Below are positions 1-12,973 of a DNA stretch of 64,000 nt, in pieces; within the stretch, counting starts at the first letter, position 1; every line of letters begins with the position of its first letter. The stretch comes from Somniosus microcephalus (lineage: Eukaryota): contig CM126225.1 in assembly GCA_052327205.1 (NCBI GenBank), positions 8,184,001 through 8,248,000 on the forward strand, written 5' to 3'. The position numbers and the translations under genes were made by a program. The notes under the pieces were generated by a model. That model worked only from the letters and a program-made list of their open reading frames with translations. It ran no database searches and was not told the origin of the DNA.

Positions 1-887
1 GCTTGCAAAAGCCCATCAGATCAGTTTCTTTCTTCCCTCTCCTCCCCCCACGGTGTTGAATCTGCTGGCAGCATTTTGCATGTTTGTATTTGTAGCCCTC
101 AATCAGAGTTTTGCAATTCATATTTGGACTACTGTGTGTATGTGCTGAATGTAGGCATTTTGAGTGATTCCAAATTATAAATGCATCCCAAGCAATCCAC
201 TTCAAATCCAAATCCATGTTGCAGCGCACCCCTTGTATTCATCAAAAGGAGCCAACCCGCCCAGAAGACAGGCATAACTACATAATTACAGGATAATGAT
301 TTATAGGATCTATGACAAAGGTACAGTCATACACAATACTTCAAACAGTGCTCTACATAATTAATTCAGTCACATTTCTATTGAAAGCAGACCCTGCATG
401 GTTACAGCTACAAATATACGAAAAAAAATGAAAACTGTTAAGACAATGAGAACTTCTGTACAATTCTCCCTCCGAAGTAGCCAAATATCCTGCAAGGTCC
501 TTTGGCGGGCAGAACTACACTGAACGATCAAGCCACTATCAACAAGACATGAAAGTTATAATGACTAAGCATTATTATATTTATATTCACTGACCCCCAT
601 GCATATATGAGTTCTAAACAACTTTTAGTGTATTGAGGCCATAATCCAATCTCGGGCAAGATAAAGTGATCTGAAGTGTCACAATTGTGATTTGCACCAC
701 AGAAACCCCTTCGGTTAGATTACTGCCTTATAATGTATTGACATCTATCTTGCATCCTCCATATATCTCATTAGTTGCCCACACTACAGTGCTAGTGAGG
801 CATGCTCCAACTTATTCTCACTGGGGAAAAAAGTGGAATATTCTGTACAAAACAAGGAACATGACAAGCTAAAAAATGCCACAAAGT

Positions 888-1265
888 AAGAATTACATAG
901 GATATACAGCACAGAAACAGGTGATTCAGCCCGCCGTGCCAGTGTTTATGCTCCACTCGAGCCTCCTCCAGTCGTTCCTCATCTATCAGCAGAACCCTCG
1001 ATTCCCTTCTCCCTCAGGTGCTCGTCTAGCCTCCCCTTAAATGCATCGCTACTACTCACCTCATCCCTGTGGTAGCGAGTTCCACATTCTCACCACTCTC
1101 TGGGTAAAGAAGTTTCTCCTGAATTCCCTATTGGATTTCTTGGTGACTCTCTTATACTGATGGCCTCTAGTTTTGCTCTTCCCCACAAGTGAAAACATTC
1201 TCTCTGTATCCACTCTATCAAAACCTTTCATCATTTTAAAGACCTCTATTAGGTCACCCCTCAGC
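888..1265 (-). mobile_element. CR1-type LINE 3' fragment
   Basis: Reverse translation LRGDLIEVFK..FFTQRVVRMWNSLP. Confidence 0.85.
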
Positions 1266-1599
1266 AGCCGATCGGCGGCCTGGACGGGTTGCCCCGCGCG
1301 GCGGCCTGGACGGGCTGCTTGGCCATTTATCTTTTGCTCCTCATTTTAGAGGTGTAGATAGAATTAAAAAATTGAAGTTATCATATACAACTTTTTGTTT
1401 TGTTAAATTGCTAATAACTACTACAGTTAGCACAGTGTGTGTAATAGCTGCTAGGACTCAGACTGTAGAAAGCAAAGTGGTTGAAGCAATGAGGTAAATC
1501 CAATACTTTCTTTTTAAAAAACCATTAGAATTCTTTAACAAACTGCATTTATATAGTCAGCATCCAAAGAGGAAAATGGATGCAGAACGATTAGGAGGT

Positions 1600-2260
1600 G
1601 ACGAGGCATGACTGAAGGGCTGGGTATTGAAGCTTTTGATGGTTGGTAGAGAAGTGACAGGGCAGTGAGGTTTAGGGAGCTAGTTCTCAAGTACAAGGCC
1701 AAGATGGTTGAAGCTTTGCCACCATAGGGGGGGAGGGTGGGGAGGAAATTTAAAGGGTGCTGATAAGAGTGAAGAAAATGCACCAGCATTATAGGGCTGG
1801 AGGAGGTTGCAGAGGTACAGCTATAGCAAGGCTGTGAAGGAGTTTGTAAACTAGAATGAAGATTTTGAAATCAGTGCACTGGAGGGAAGAAGAACGAGAC
1901 ACTATGCTGGTGGAGGAGATTGGATGACTTGTGAGTTTATGTAGGCTAGAGCCCGGAAGTCAGAAAGGGAAGTACTGGAGAAGTTGAGCCTCGATGAAGG
2001 TGTGTATGAGGATATTGTGACGTTGGAGTCAAGGCGGAGACGAGCAATGTTGCATCAATAGAAATAGGCACTCTTGGTGATGGATAGAATACCTGGTTTG
2101 AAGTTCAACTCTAGCTCAAACAGGACACTGAAGTTGCGCAATATCAGACTCAGCCCTGAGAAAGCAGCTAAGAGCGGGGAGTGTGAACTGGGTGGGCAGG
2201 CATTTGGATGGGCAGTTATTACAGGATTATTTTGATCTCTCCCACGTTAAATGGAGGCAA
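1600..2260 (-). mobile_element. Old L2-type LINE fragment
   Basis: Homologous to 22420-22960 (GGGCTGGAGGAGGTTGCAGAG etc.). Confidence 0.6.
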
Positions 2261-2961
2261 GTTTGCTCGCTGCCAAAAAATGATAAAGAATTTCATCCCC
2301 CACCCCTCTGAAATTGAAAAAGAGATTCGTATTTTTGTAATGCCTTATGTCTCAAATCGCTTCACGTACAATTAATTAGTCTGAAATGCAGTTACTATTA
2401 TGTAGGCAAATGGGCATAACAAGATCTCAATTACTCTGATTTTGATGGCACTGGTTCAGGATTTTTTTTAAGCAAGCACGGCAAGAGGATTTCTCTCCCT
2501 TCAAGTCGCGTCACTGGATCTTCAACATTCACCCGGACACGGAGGATTTTGCTTTCGAGTCACATGCAAAAGACCTGCAATTTTTTGGGGAAAAGGAGGT
2601 CTGTCCAGGTGAATGCAGCAAATATTGCAGAACACCCTCTGTACTATACTGGAGTTTCAGCCTAGATCTTGCAGTTATGTAGCAGCTTCTCAAATGTCCC
2701 AATGCACTTCACAAATAATGAATTACTTCTAACGCAGTCACTTAGGTAGACCTGTGCTCAAGAGGGGTGTTGGAGCCCACAACCTCTGACGCAGCAAGAT
2801 TGCTACCATTGAGCCAAAGCAGAAACTTAAAAGTAGACATTTGAACTTGATTCTTAATGGAGTTCTGATGCTAACTGATATTTCCGTTGCCTGGCTAAAA
2901 ACTGTCATTAGTACATTTGTATTAATTCATACATTGTTACTATATTACAGTAAATATATAG

Positions 2962-3156
2962 GCACGGTGGGATCTCTTGGATATGTTATCTCAAAGAGCC
3001 TCATTTAATCGTTTGCTCGAGGATGCAAACACCAAAGAACTTGGCAAAGAAGCGTGGATGTTTTTGGGCACTGGATCAGCTGGAAGCTATCTGAAGTTTG
3101 GTAATAATCAGCTTCTTGTACCATGCTGCTATCTGAAGGGTGTACCCAATTACTGA
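2962..3156 (+). pseudogene. Candidate pseudo-exon (ARWDLLDMLSQRASFNRLLEDANTKELGKEAW...)
   Basis: TATAG| acceptor followed by 64 open codons; 3' end not defined. Confidence 0.35.
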
Positions 3157-3859
3157 AAACAGACACAAAGCTGGATTGTTCGGGGCCACCAGGAATAAAG
3201 GCCGATAAACTGAACCATTAAAAAAGACCCATATTTTACTTACAAGTTCACTTTACATTGGATAACCATTGTGGTAAAGCAAAGCAGTTAATTTTTTTTT
3301 AAATAGATTATTTATGGGGGAATAATCCAACCAGCTCATGTCGGGTATCTGTTTAAGAGATAAGATTTACATGAGCCAGTGCTAAGTTTACATACTGAAT
3401 GTGCAGCTGGCATTGGAGCCCATGTTGCAGACCAAACATTAGTTCCTGCTAGAAGAATCGTTTCAGATTCCTGTACACAGTCTTTTATTTATTACACTGA
3501 ACAGCGTGCCAAGCCTTTTATTAAAAAAAGAATTGCTCCATCATTTTTTGTTCACTCATTTTCCCCGGTGTGACTTGTAGCACTGTATCTATGGGAAAGG
3601 TTTGTTCAGTTTTAATGTCATAAAAAGGTGTTTGTGGAGAATACTTTAAGCATTCAAAATACAATTACACGAATAAATTTCTTTAAAAATAAAAGGGAAT
3701 GCAGCTGATTTAGAAAACTATTATAACGAACAGCAAGTCATGAAAGTATCTGACCACTAACATAGATTAATGCAGCATGGTGACTTTTTTTTTAAGCATT
3801 TGGTTAAAAACAAACAAAATGGTATGATTAAAATCAATGAAACTTTAATCATTTCCTTG

Positions 3860-4255
3860 AGTACAGAAGATTGAGGGGTAATCTCCGAGGTATTTAAAAT
3901 GTTAAAATGATTTGATAGGGAGATACAGAGAAACTATTTCCTCCGGTGGAGGAAATCAAGAATAAGGGGGCATAATCTTAAAATTAGATCGAGGCCATTC
4001 AGGCGCAAAATCAGAAAGCACTTTTTCACACGAAGGGTAGTAGAAATCTAGAATGCTCTCTCCCAAAAGGCTGTGGTACTAGGACAATTTGGAGTTTTCA
4101 AGACTAAGATAAGTAGATTTTTGTTAGGTAAGGGTCTCGAGGGAGATGGAGCAAAAGTGGCAAAATGGAGCCGAGGTCCAGATCAGCCACAATCTAATTG
4201 AATGGCTGAGCAGGCTCGAGGGGCTGAGCAGCCTCCTCCTGTTCTTTATGTTCCT
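3860..4255 (+). mobile_element. CR1-type LINE 3' fragment
   Basis: RRLRGN..EVFKMLK..GHNLKIR..FFTRRVV plus 3' tail. Confidence 0.85.
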
Positions 4256-5111
4256 TTGTAACAAGATGGAAGAGAAGAGAATTCTGAACTAAGGTCATGA
4301 TAATTGAAAGCTCTGCTCCGTGCACATACATGTACACAAACGCCAGAGTAAACGCCGAAGAGGAGGGTTGAAGTTGGGCATTCGTCTGGAGGAGGTTTCA
4401 GTGGTAGGATGGGACAAAGTTGTTAAGGAATTCATAAACAAGACTCTGAAATCAATGCACTGAGACAGGAGTGAAAGACTACTGGTGAGGACGAGGGTAA
4501 GTAGCACTTAGTATGGTGCGAGATGTAGGTGGAGCTCAGGATGTCAGCAAGGGGAGCATTAGATTGGTCAAGCTTGGCGGTGACAAAGGTTTGGATGAGG
4601 GTTTCAGTGGCAGGGAGTTGATGGATGGATTGTGGGACGTGATTTTAGAGGGATGGAAACAGGTCGCCTTAATTCAGTATATGCAATTTGAAGCTCAACT
4701 CAGTGTAAAACAAGGTATCAAGGCTGTGAATTGTTGGGTTCAGTCTGAGTAAGCACCTGGGGGTGAGGGAATGTAAATCGGGCAATTGTGGAAGAGCCAA
4801 ACAAATAGTGCCAGATGTTAAGCTAGAGAAAGTTCCGGCTCACCCAGAACTCCAGAAAAGCTGGTGAGAAAATTGGAGCCAGGGTGGAGTGGGGGGTGGC
4901 GAAGAAAGAGGGAAAAATGAGCACATTTTGCTCCAATGGTGCCTCTCTTTATTCTCTCTTGAAACATTAATTATGTTTCAGTTTCAGGAGTAAATCATTG
5001 AAAACATGAATCCTGCCGGTCAAAAATTATAAAGGGAAGTATTCCAGCAAACCCTTCAGATTAATAATGTATTAGTTTGGTTGCATTTATGGCATTTAAT
5101 TTAATGCATAG

Positions 5112-5961
5112 AAAATCTATATAAAGTTAAATGATAGCAACTTTCAAACAGTCGGTAATTTCCTAAATTATCTGGCCAATCAATATCCGAGGCTGCCAAC
5201 CTTCAGGCTTGATCGGGATTGTGTGCTTGCCTACTCACACAATTGGATCTTGGCAGAGTTACTTCAGGTGCACTGCCAACTGTTGCCAAACTGTCCGCGG
5301 CTTCCAAACATTCACAAAAGCAAAATGGGTTCTTAACCGGTTCTTCAATTTATGCCATAGCCAGCACATTTGAAGTACTTCACAAGCACATATATTCAGA
5401 GCCATTAGCAAACTGGAATATGTATCACATTCATGACAGACCAATTGTAGACTGGAATCCAGAAGTGTTTGTTCACACTAATGAGTCAAATGAAGGTCCC
5501 CATTGCTTGATTCTAATTTGGAACCTCAGGAGATAAAGGCCTTTCTTCCTCTGCATCAAATGTATAAAATGCCGGTTGCAAATCATGTGGGCTATTTTTA
5601 GATTAATTCAAGCTTAGGACGCTCTGCCAAGAGTCTGTTGGAAGCTATTTGCATTAACAACTTTGTTGTGATTACTGCCACTCGTGTGCAACTTCTGACA
5701 AGCCATCTAACCACAGAGGCATTTCTCATGCAGTCATGATCTCCTTTTCTGGACATATATCACACATCTGCTTAGTGATCCGAGGTGCTCACATATCTGT
5801 GCTCAACTATGGATTGCATCAATTAGTGATTATTGAAGTTCTTCCAGGTCACCAAAACCAACACAAAAACCACAACGACATCTCATCCTTCTGCTGCTGC
5901 ACGACACAGTGGACTTCTCCAGCACAAGACTGGAAATGTTTTGCATAGGGAGACAGTGCAC
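5112..5961 (+). pseudogene. Candidate large pseudo-exon, Mab-21-like module A
   Basis: CATAG| acceptor, then 74 open codons (..QTVGNFLNYLANQYPRL..). After a frameshift it reads NGFLTGSSIYAIASTFEVL..EGPHCLILIW..*..FFLCIKC. Confidence 0.5.
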
Positions 5962-6611
5962 GTTAAAGCACCTTTACAGAATTGAGGAAATTTATTTTGA
6001 CTTCACAGGGGAACTACTCAGTGAGCTGACTTTTTTTTTTAAATAAGATTCTGGCAGTCTAGAATATACAAGCACAAATTAATTATGCCCAAATGAGTGA
6101 AATCGTAAGGAAATGCACAACGATCACATCATGCCATTGGAATACTTGTGCCAGTGATAACACACCACCTGTTCATTCTATTAACATTTAAATAGAAGTG
6201 CAGAACAAAAAGCCCACACAAAAACAAACATTGCCGGAGGCTCACATGCTAGATTGTGTGGGGGAGAATTACAACTTTGGAAAGCAACACAATTTCTTCT
6301 GAAAATGAAGGTCAAATACTTTTGTGACTCACTGAACCAGAGAGTGAATTACCTGCTAAACAATGGTTTAAAGAAAACTTTTGTAGTACACTTCTACCTG
6401 TCATGTGATGCTATAATCCTTCAGTGCTTGTGTCACAAACAGTTGTAATACTCTTCTACCTGTCACATGGTGATCACAGCACAGCATCCTGTGGTGATTT
6501 AAAAAAATTATTATAAATAGTAAATTACTGGAAAGTTTTCTAGGTGGGACTTCAAGGCAGTTCAATCTCAGGGTTCAGGTGGCACTAGTGAGCTGTGCTA
6601 AATTCACTCAG

Positions 6612-6956
6612 GTTAAAAACATCTAAACCCTTTCAACAAGGCCCGAAGTTAAGACTGCAGACCACAAGAGGGAGAGTAGCAGCTGATAAATTCCTGTTCA
6701 GCAGCAAGAACCACTGGTCTAACATAATACAACATACTCACTGTGCTTACACAGAAGCGTGCTAAAGGCAGTTTGTAAAATACATTCATGAGCAACGTCC
6801 TATGCATGGAAGCAGGGGCAGACTGACTCCCCCGAAAGGAATTCGCAAAGTAAAGAGGGAGCGCTATGGAAACATTCATGGGGAGCACCAGGAAATCTTC
6901 CAAATTCCCATTTGGCCAGTCAGACCCTGCATGGAAGCATAGTGCAGAGACCATGT
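6612..6956 (+). pseudogene. Pseudo-exon (LKTSKPFQQGPKLRLQ...AWKHSAETM), basic linker-like
   Basis: CTCAG| acceptor and GTTAGT donor; about 114 codons with a single TAA. Confidence 0.55.
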
Positions 6957-7713
6957 GTTAGTGCTTGAATGGATTCATTGGTCCATATTCACTTGGCAGC
7001 TACTAAACAACCAGTATTAATTTCAAGCTCTGTCTCAATTGTATTGCTGCCTTCCAATTCCCCTCCTAGAGTATTTTTTTTAATGTTTAAGATTTAATTT
7101 TATAACAAGAGACACTCTAGGTTGTATCATTCCACCTTATACAAGTCAGTCTTTGTATGGCTTTCAACAGGGGCGGGCAAACCCCATGCAGAGAATAGCA
7201 GGCATCACAGCTGCTCACTGTCACTCTGCAATGTTGTACTACTTCCAGACAGCTGTTCCTCTTCAACATCATTGAACATTCATTAAGTATTTAAATCATC
7301 TGTTTTGTAGATGCGAGTAATTCGGGTCTGAAGGACAGTCGGTGCTGTTAAGTAGCCACTGAATCTTCACTGATTTAACATATCACCCCCCCTATTAAAT
7401 ATTCTGACATGTATATATCGCATCATACGCTGGTTAAATATTCATTTGGTGATAAGCACCTTGCACAGTAATGCAATGCTGTCAGAAAGAACAAGCCCCA
7501 GCTTGTCACACGATATTTTGTAGCAAATACATTATGTCAGCTGGAAACTAAGAAAGCTTGGGTGGCATATTTTCCTGCCAAAAATTTCAGCTGATAAAAT
7601 AATTCATACAAAACATCAAAGTCCAATATTGAACAAGAGATCAGCCCATAGCAATGCCAACTGCTAAACTGGTCCAATAATCTACCCTGTGTTGCTAGAG
7701 GTGATGAAGTCTG

Positions 7714-8450
7714 TGGCCCGGAATCTGCGGTCCTGATGCTGGTGAACTGGCAGCCTTTGTTGTCATTTCGCCTTTGAAACTTGACTGCAACTTCAGGATT
7801 TAGCCCATGCGCAGCCCAGCAGGGAAATCTTGAAGTTGCGCTCCCACACAGGCTGTGCGCTGCCACCACCACCAACCCCCCCCCCCCCCCCCACCACAAC
7901 CACAGAGCCAGCAATCAGGGAAACGGACAAAAACTTCAGCTCTTCCGCAGTAATTACGCTATTAAATTCCACACTCAAAGTTAGATCCAAAGGGATTAGG
8001 TGTAACTGGAGTTTTAACAGTATATTGACTGCTAAACAAAGGCTATGGCCCTGAAAAAATCATTTAAATTTTGTGCAGTCAAATTTATCTATTTTAATAA
8101 AAATTAAAACATCAAAAACCTTAAAAAATTTTTTTTTTTTTTTTTTTAATAAAAGTTTGTTCATCTTTATTTCAGATTTGTCTTTTCCCTATGCGAGAGC
8201 CCCAATCTTTGTTTCGCTCTCTCTAACATTTTTAAGTTAGAATTTTCAGAACTTACTCACTTCCTGATTGGGTGTCTACGAAAATTCTGCATCTTGATCA
8301 GCTGCTTAGACAGCTTGTTGACATCACAGCAGCTCGCACTATGGGATTCCCACGATATTACGTTGATTTGAATTACACGTAGGAAAACCCAAATATCAGT
8401 GCAAGCAGAAGGATTACTCTGGAGTTTAAAACTTGCACCCATTTTTAATT
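7714..8450. mobile_element. Second copy of the 11516-12199 family, inverted
   Basis: Starts TGGCCCGGAATCTGCGG; shared blocks GCAACTTCAGGATTTAG, TGGCCCTGAAAA and CAGCTTGTTGACATCAC. Confidence 0.55.
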
Positions 8451-8571
8451 TATATCAGAATTTCATACACCATGGCATAGTGGAAAGTAGTGACAAAATT
8501 TGGATTAAAGACACACAACAGGGAGGTCAGTGTACTGAGTCACAGGGTCGCTATCCATTTATGCCATCTAT

Positions 8572-8891
8572 AAGCTAGTATCAGTAATGGTGGCCATGAA
8601 ACTACTGGATTGTCGGAAAAACCCATCAGGTTTACTGATGTCCTTTAGGAAAGGAAATCTGCCATCCTTACCCTATATGTGACTCCAGACCCACAGCAAT
8701 GTGGTTGACTCTTAACTGTCCTCTGAAATTGCTGAGCAAGCCACTCAGTTGTACCAAACCGCGACAAAGTGGTACTGCAGCGGTTTAAGAACGCAGCTCA
8801 CCATCACCTGCTCAAGGGCAAGTAGGGATGGGCAATAAATGCTGGCCTTGTCAGCGACACCCACATCTTGTGAACGAATAATAAAAAAAAA
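8572..8891 (+). mobile_element. SINE (family also at 13652-13860, 27475-27850) with LINE-derived tail
   Basis: 3' end GCTCACCATCACCTGCTCAAGGGCAAGTAGGGATGGGCAATAAATGCTGG + A tail, shared with the LINE at 38598-39635. Confidence 0.75.
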
Positions 8892-9799
8892 TTGCAAGCT
8901 CCAGCATTCCAACTGAGCATCAAGACAATTTCCCTCTTAAATTATATTCATTATTTTCTTTTGACCTTAAATCACCTCCAAAACTGAGGCCAAAATTTAC
9001 ACATCACTAAGCGATGCCAGGCATGCAGCAGCAGCTGTGTGTTGCACTGTTTCAACCAGTTTACTAAAAAATAATGGGGAAATCATATCCATCCAATGCA
9101 CAAAGTAAACTGCAGGTCTGTACCCTTGATAGAAAATACTGGGTACAAGACAATAATCTGCAATCCAGCAATCCCACCACTCCTTGAAGCGGTTAATTTT
9201 CTCAGAAAACTCACTTATTTCACCATCAAAAACTATTCCCTTCAGTACAGTAAATTAATAAACTAAACTCTTAACCTTCAAAGCACTAGATGTACAGTAT
9301 AGTGATCCCACTTATTTAAGCAGGGTAAAAGTTCAATTAACCTTGTGTTTCTGAAACAAACCGCTAGCTACTTATTACAGATTATGAATTGCTGATGCTA
9401 GGGGCTGTATGAATGTCAGTTCGGAGCACAATGCACTTGGCAAAGGCCAATGAAAAAGGGAGGGACCAGATTTAAAACATTAAAGACCTCACTTGGGTTC
9501 TGCTACTTAAGGTTCCAGTTTGGCAAAACAAGCGCATATACAATTTTTTTTTAGTAAATAAAAAGGTTTGCCTCCAACACCAAGAGATTCATGCCATGAT
9601 AGCTGCATTACAGGGAGCAACGGCATCCTCCCTCATACCAAATAATGATTAATCCTATTAGCAGGTACCACACTCAGCCTTATAACATCATCCAGACTCA
9701 TTACCTACTCAACATTTCTCTTTCTACATCCCTGCTAGGCAAACATACCTACTGGCATACTGCTACCCTTGTTGTGCATTTGCGCTCAGCATAAGAGTT

Positions 9800-10150
9800 C
9801 ATATTGTTTGAGAGAGACTGATTTCGTGCTAAAAGTGTAATGGTCCTCCTCCTTCAAAGCAAGTTCTCCACACAGGTAATGCTCTGAAGCCAAAGATAGC
9901 ATTAAAAGTAGTTTTCAGGACCACTCTCCTTTCAAGAGCATACCAATGGATCTCCTGTAGAGTTGCCCAAAGTAAGTCGCAGTACACGTGTATAATAGTA
10001 GTTGGTCTCTGATGACATCGCTCATGGATAGTGTGGAGTCTGCAGCACAGTTGTCATAATTAGCTAAGATAGAGCCATTGGTCTGTTCCTTTAACGCCAC
10101 TGCTCAGGTACTCGCTGTGGAGAAGTGATGCAAATAGGCACATCTTGAGG
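9800..10150 (-). mobile_element. Possible old Penelope-like RT fragment
   Basis: LLLYTCTATYFGQLYRRSIGM loosely resembles the PLE RT motif LCLxxTYF..GQxYxQxxG. Confidence 0.35.
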
Positions 10151-10272
10151 TTAGAGGCCAATTGCTGGATAAAGAGCTTATAGACTGGTAGCTGCTGGTA
10201 AATCCTAGCTCCTTCCTTGGGTGGGTGGGTGGGGGGGGGGGGGGGCGGTGGGAGAGGTCAGGCTACCTGGTG

Positions 10273-10690
10273 TCAGCCTTGGCTCAGTTGGTAGCACACT
10301 CGTCTCTGAATCAGCAGGTTGTGGGTTCCAGAGATTCCAGCACATAATCTAGGCTGACACTTCAGTGCAGCACTGACGGAGGTGCCGTCTTTCCAATGAG
10401 TTGTTAAACAGAGGCCTCGCCTTCCCTCTTGGAGTGATGCAAAAGCTGCAATGGCACTATTTGAAGAGCAGGTAGTTCTCCCGGTGTCCTGGCCAACATT
10501 TAATCTTTCAGCCATCACTAAAAACAGTTTAGCTGGTCATTTATCACGCTGCTGTTTTTGGGACCTTGCTGTGCGCAATTCAGCTGCTGCATTTCCTTAC
10601 AATAGTAACTGCACCTCAAAAGTCATTCATTGACTGAAGTGCTTTAGATGTTCTGAAGCGGTGAAAGGTGCTATACAAATGAATTTTTTT
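10273..10690 (+). mobile_element. DeuSINE-type SINE (SacSINE1/AmnSINE-like)
   Basis: Head GGCTCAGTTGGTAGCAC..GGTTGTGGGTTC, Deu-like core, L2-like tail GAAAGGTGCTATACAAATG. Confidence 0.75.
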
Positions 10691-10995
10691 TTTCTTTAAT
10701 GGCCTGCAGTTTTGGCTTTATATACGTTATTGCTGTGTTTGGTTTTAAAATTATTACACATCATTGGTAGGTTACAATGTATTTATGTGGACAGCCTGTA
10801 TTATTATTAGCAATAATTAATGCTGTCTAGGAAAAACAAAGTAGAGGACCTGGGCTGGGTTCATGTGAGCCTAGGGCTTGGGCTTAGAGGAATTTGTGTT
10901 ATCGTTTTCCTTCTGATGATTAACTTTGAAAAACAAACTCATAGCTCACCAAAGCAGTGAAAAACATAGTTTATTCAATGTAACTACACACTCAG

Positions 10996-11263
10996 TTCCA
11001 AACAATCGGCAATGACAGTTACTAGCCAAAATATCCCAGCAAACTAGACCAATGTCACTGAGTAACAGTCACGGTTCCAGCAGGAGAAAATCTTCAGTCC
11101 ATCCAGCCCACATATCCAGTCTCGCCATGGGCCATTAGAAGGAATAACACTGCCTGCTGGCTCATTTCCACAAGAGCAGCCTGACTTTATTTTGCCAAAG
11201 GAGATTCCAGAAATGAAGTCAAGCTGCACAACCTTCCAACTTTATTTATTACAGCACTACGAA
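10996..11263 (+). pseudogene. Pseudo-exon ending ..ILPKEIPEMKSSCTTFQLYLLQHYE
   Basis: CTCAG| acceptor; GAA|GTGAGA phase-0 donor joins the 14678 exon in phase. Confidence 0.6.
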
Positions 11264-11515
11264 GTGAGATTTTGTCAGGTGGAACAATGGAAGGTTTTCC
11301 AACTGTCACAAACTACAAAATGAGGATGTGCACACACTCCACAGAAATAATAGCTCAAAAACCTACCATACAATCACTGGCAATTTGGTAACAATGCAGC
11401 CCCATGCTCCAGAGAAAGGGGCAGGCCTATTGCTGAGGAAAATTACTGCGGGAATTTCTATCTGCTATCAAGAACCAAAAATCCTTATCGTGGTGCAGTC
11501 TAACCGGCACACAAT

Positions 11516-12199
11516 GGCCCTGAATTTGCGGTCAGTGGCAAAGCAACGGCGCTCAGTGCTGACCTCGAAGGAAGCTGCCCACAAAGATCTAGCGATCTCC
11601 GTCGATTTCAGCTGTCCCAACCTTGGTTTGAATCTGGCGCCAAATCAAGCGAATCCCAAGCGTCCAGCAACAGTGATGTTATCAAGCTGGCTAAGCAGCC
11701 AATCACATTGAAGAATTCTCTCAGACAGCAAACCAGGAAGTAAAATGCAGAGATTCTTATTAACTTTTTATAAATTTTACACAGAGCAAAATAAAGTTTG
11801 GTACATACACACATGATTAAGGTAGAAGCTAAAATATAATAAATTAAAACTTGTAATTCTTAATCATATTAATGGAAAAATTTGACATTTCACAAATATA
11901 AAATGAGCTTTTCAGGGCCAAAAAGGTTGTTAAGCAGTCAGTACGCTGTTTTAGGGCTTTTTTTAAAGCGACGTTCCATCATAAAAGGGGACTTTGTCGT
12001 TGTGTGTGATTTCAACTGATTGCCGGCTCGGGGGAGTTCCACAGCACAGCCTGTGGAGCAGTGAATGACTGACCGCAACTTCAGAATTTCCACATTTATC
12101 TGCACAAGCTAAATCCTGAAGTTGCGGCCAGTTTCAGAGGGGTAATGACAGCAAACGCTGACGGTTTCACGGTCATGACCACCGCAAAATCCGGACCAA
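11516..12199. mobile_element. Unclassified ~680-bp TIR element (non-autonomous DNA transposon)
   Basis: Imperfect TIR TGGCCCTGAATTTGCGG / CCGCAAAATCCGGACCA; homologous to 7714-8450 in reverse. Confidence 0.6.
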
Positions 12200-12476
12200 T
12201 ATACCTTTAGCATGACTCCCTTAGAAAAACACCAATTTGGCAACACAGCAGCGTTCTATTTGCTGTGTTGATTACTGCTCTGCAATGACTCAACAAGTGG
12301 TTACTTGAGCCAATCATGATCTCTCCTACCCGTCCATGTAGTACTTGCAACACCTTTGAGAAATTCAATTAAAAATGTAATCAAAAACAAATTTTCAAAA
12401 CTCAAATATTGTAAATTTTGAAGGACCGTAATTTTGAAAAATGTGAGCAGAATATTTCGAAGTATAGCTGCTGCTA

Positions 12477-12804
12477 CAGGAAACTTTGATATATCCGGCA
12501 CCAACGGGACCGAGCTGTTGCCGATCTATCAAAACTGCCGGACAAACCAGCGGCAACGTTGACGCATACGGAGCTTTGCAGCTTCGTATCTGGCAAACAC
12601 TGTTGCTTAGCAACAGCTTCTAAACAGTCGGCCGTACCTTGGAAGCGTCTCTGTAGCTTAGCAATAGCTTCAGAGAGACTTTGCAGAGCCTGACTGTTGA
12701 AAAAAAAGCCACGAGAGAAAAAAACCTAACAAAACGGCTCCTGATTTCTGCCGGTGGATCGAGGTTTCCGGACATACAACCTCCGGATAAACCAAAGTTT
12801 CCTG
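12477..12804. mobile_element. Tc1/pogo(Tigger)-like MITE
   Basis: 22-bp TIR CAGGAAACTTTG(A/G)T(A/T)TATCCGG flanked by TA on both sides. Confidence 0.85.
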
Positions 12805-12973
12805 TAATTGGAATTGTTCAATTGATGCCTACCAGAGTGCATTCTGATCAAACCTAGATCGCAATCAGTACTGGTGAGACAGCATTCGATCTTTTTCTTA
12901 TGCCCGACATCGGTTCCTGTTAAGTTAACAAAAATTAATCTGTACCTTCTCATCCAAAGTCACTGAAATTAAA

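Noticed and set aside
11379-11396. GNLVTM peptide identical to the NPEPPS zinc-site region (WFGNLVTMEWW)
   Set aside because: Wrong strand, no HELAH upstream, unrelated flanks; treated as coincidence.
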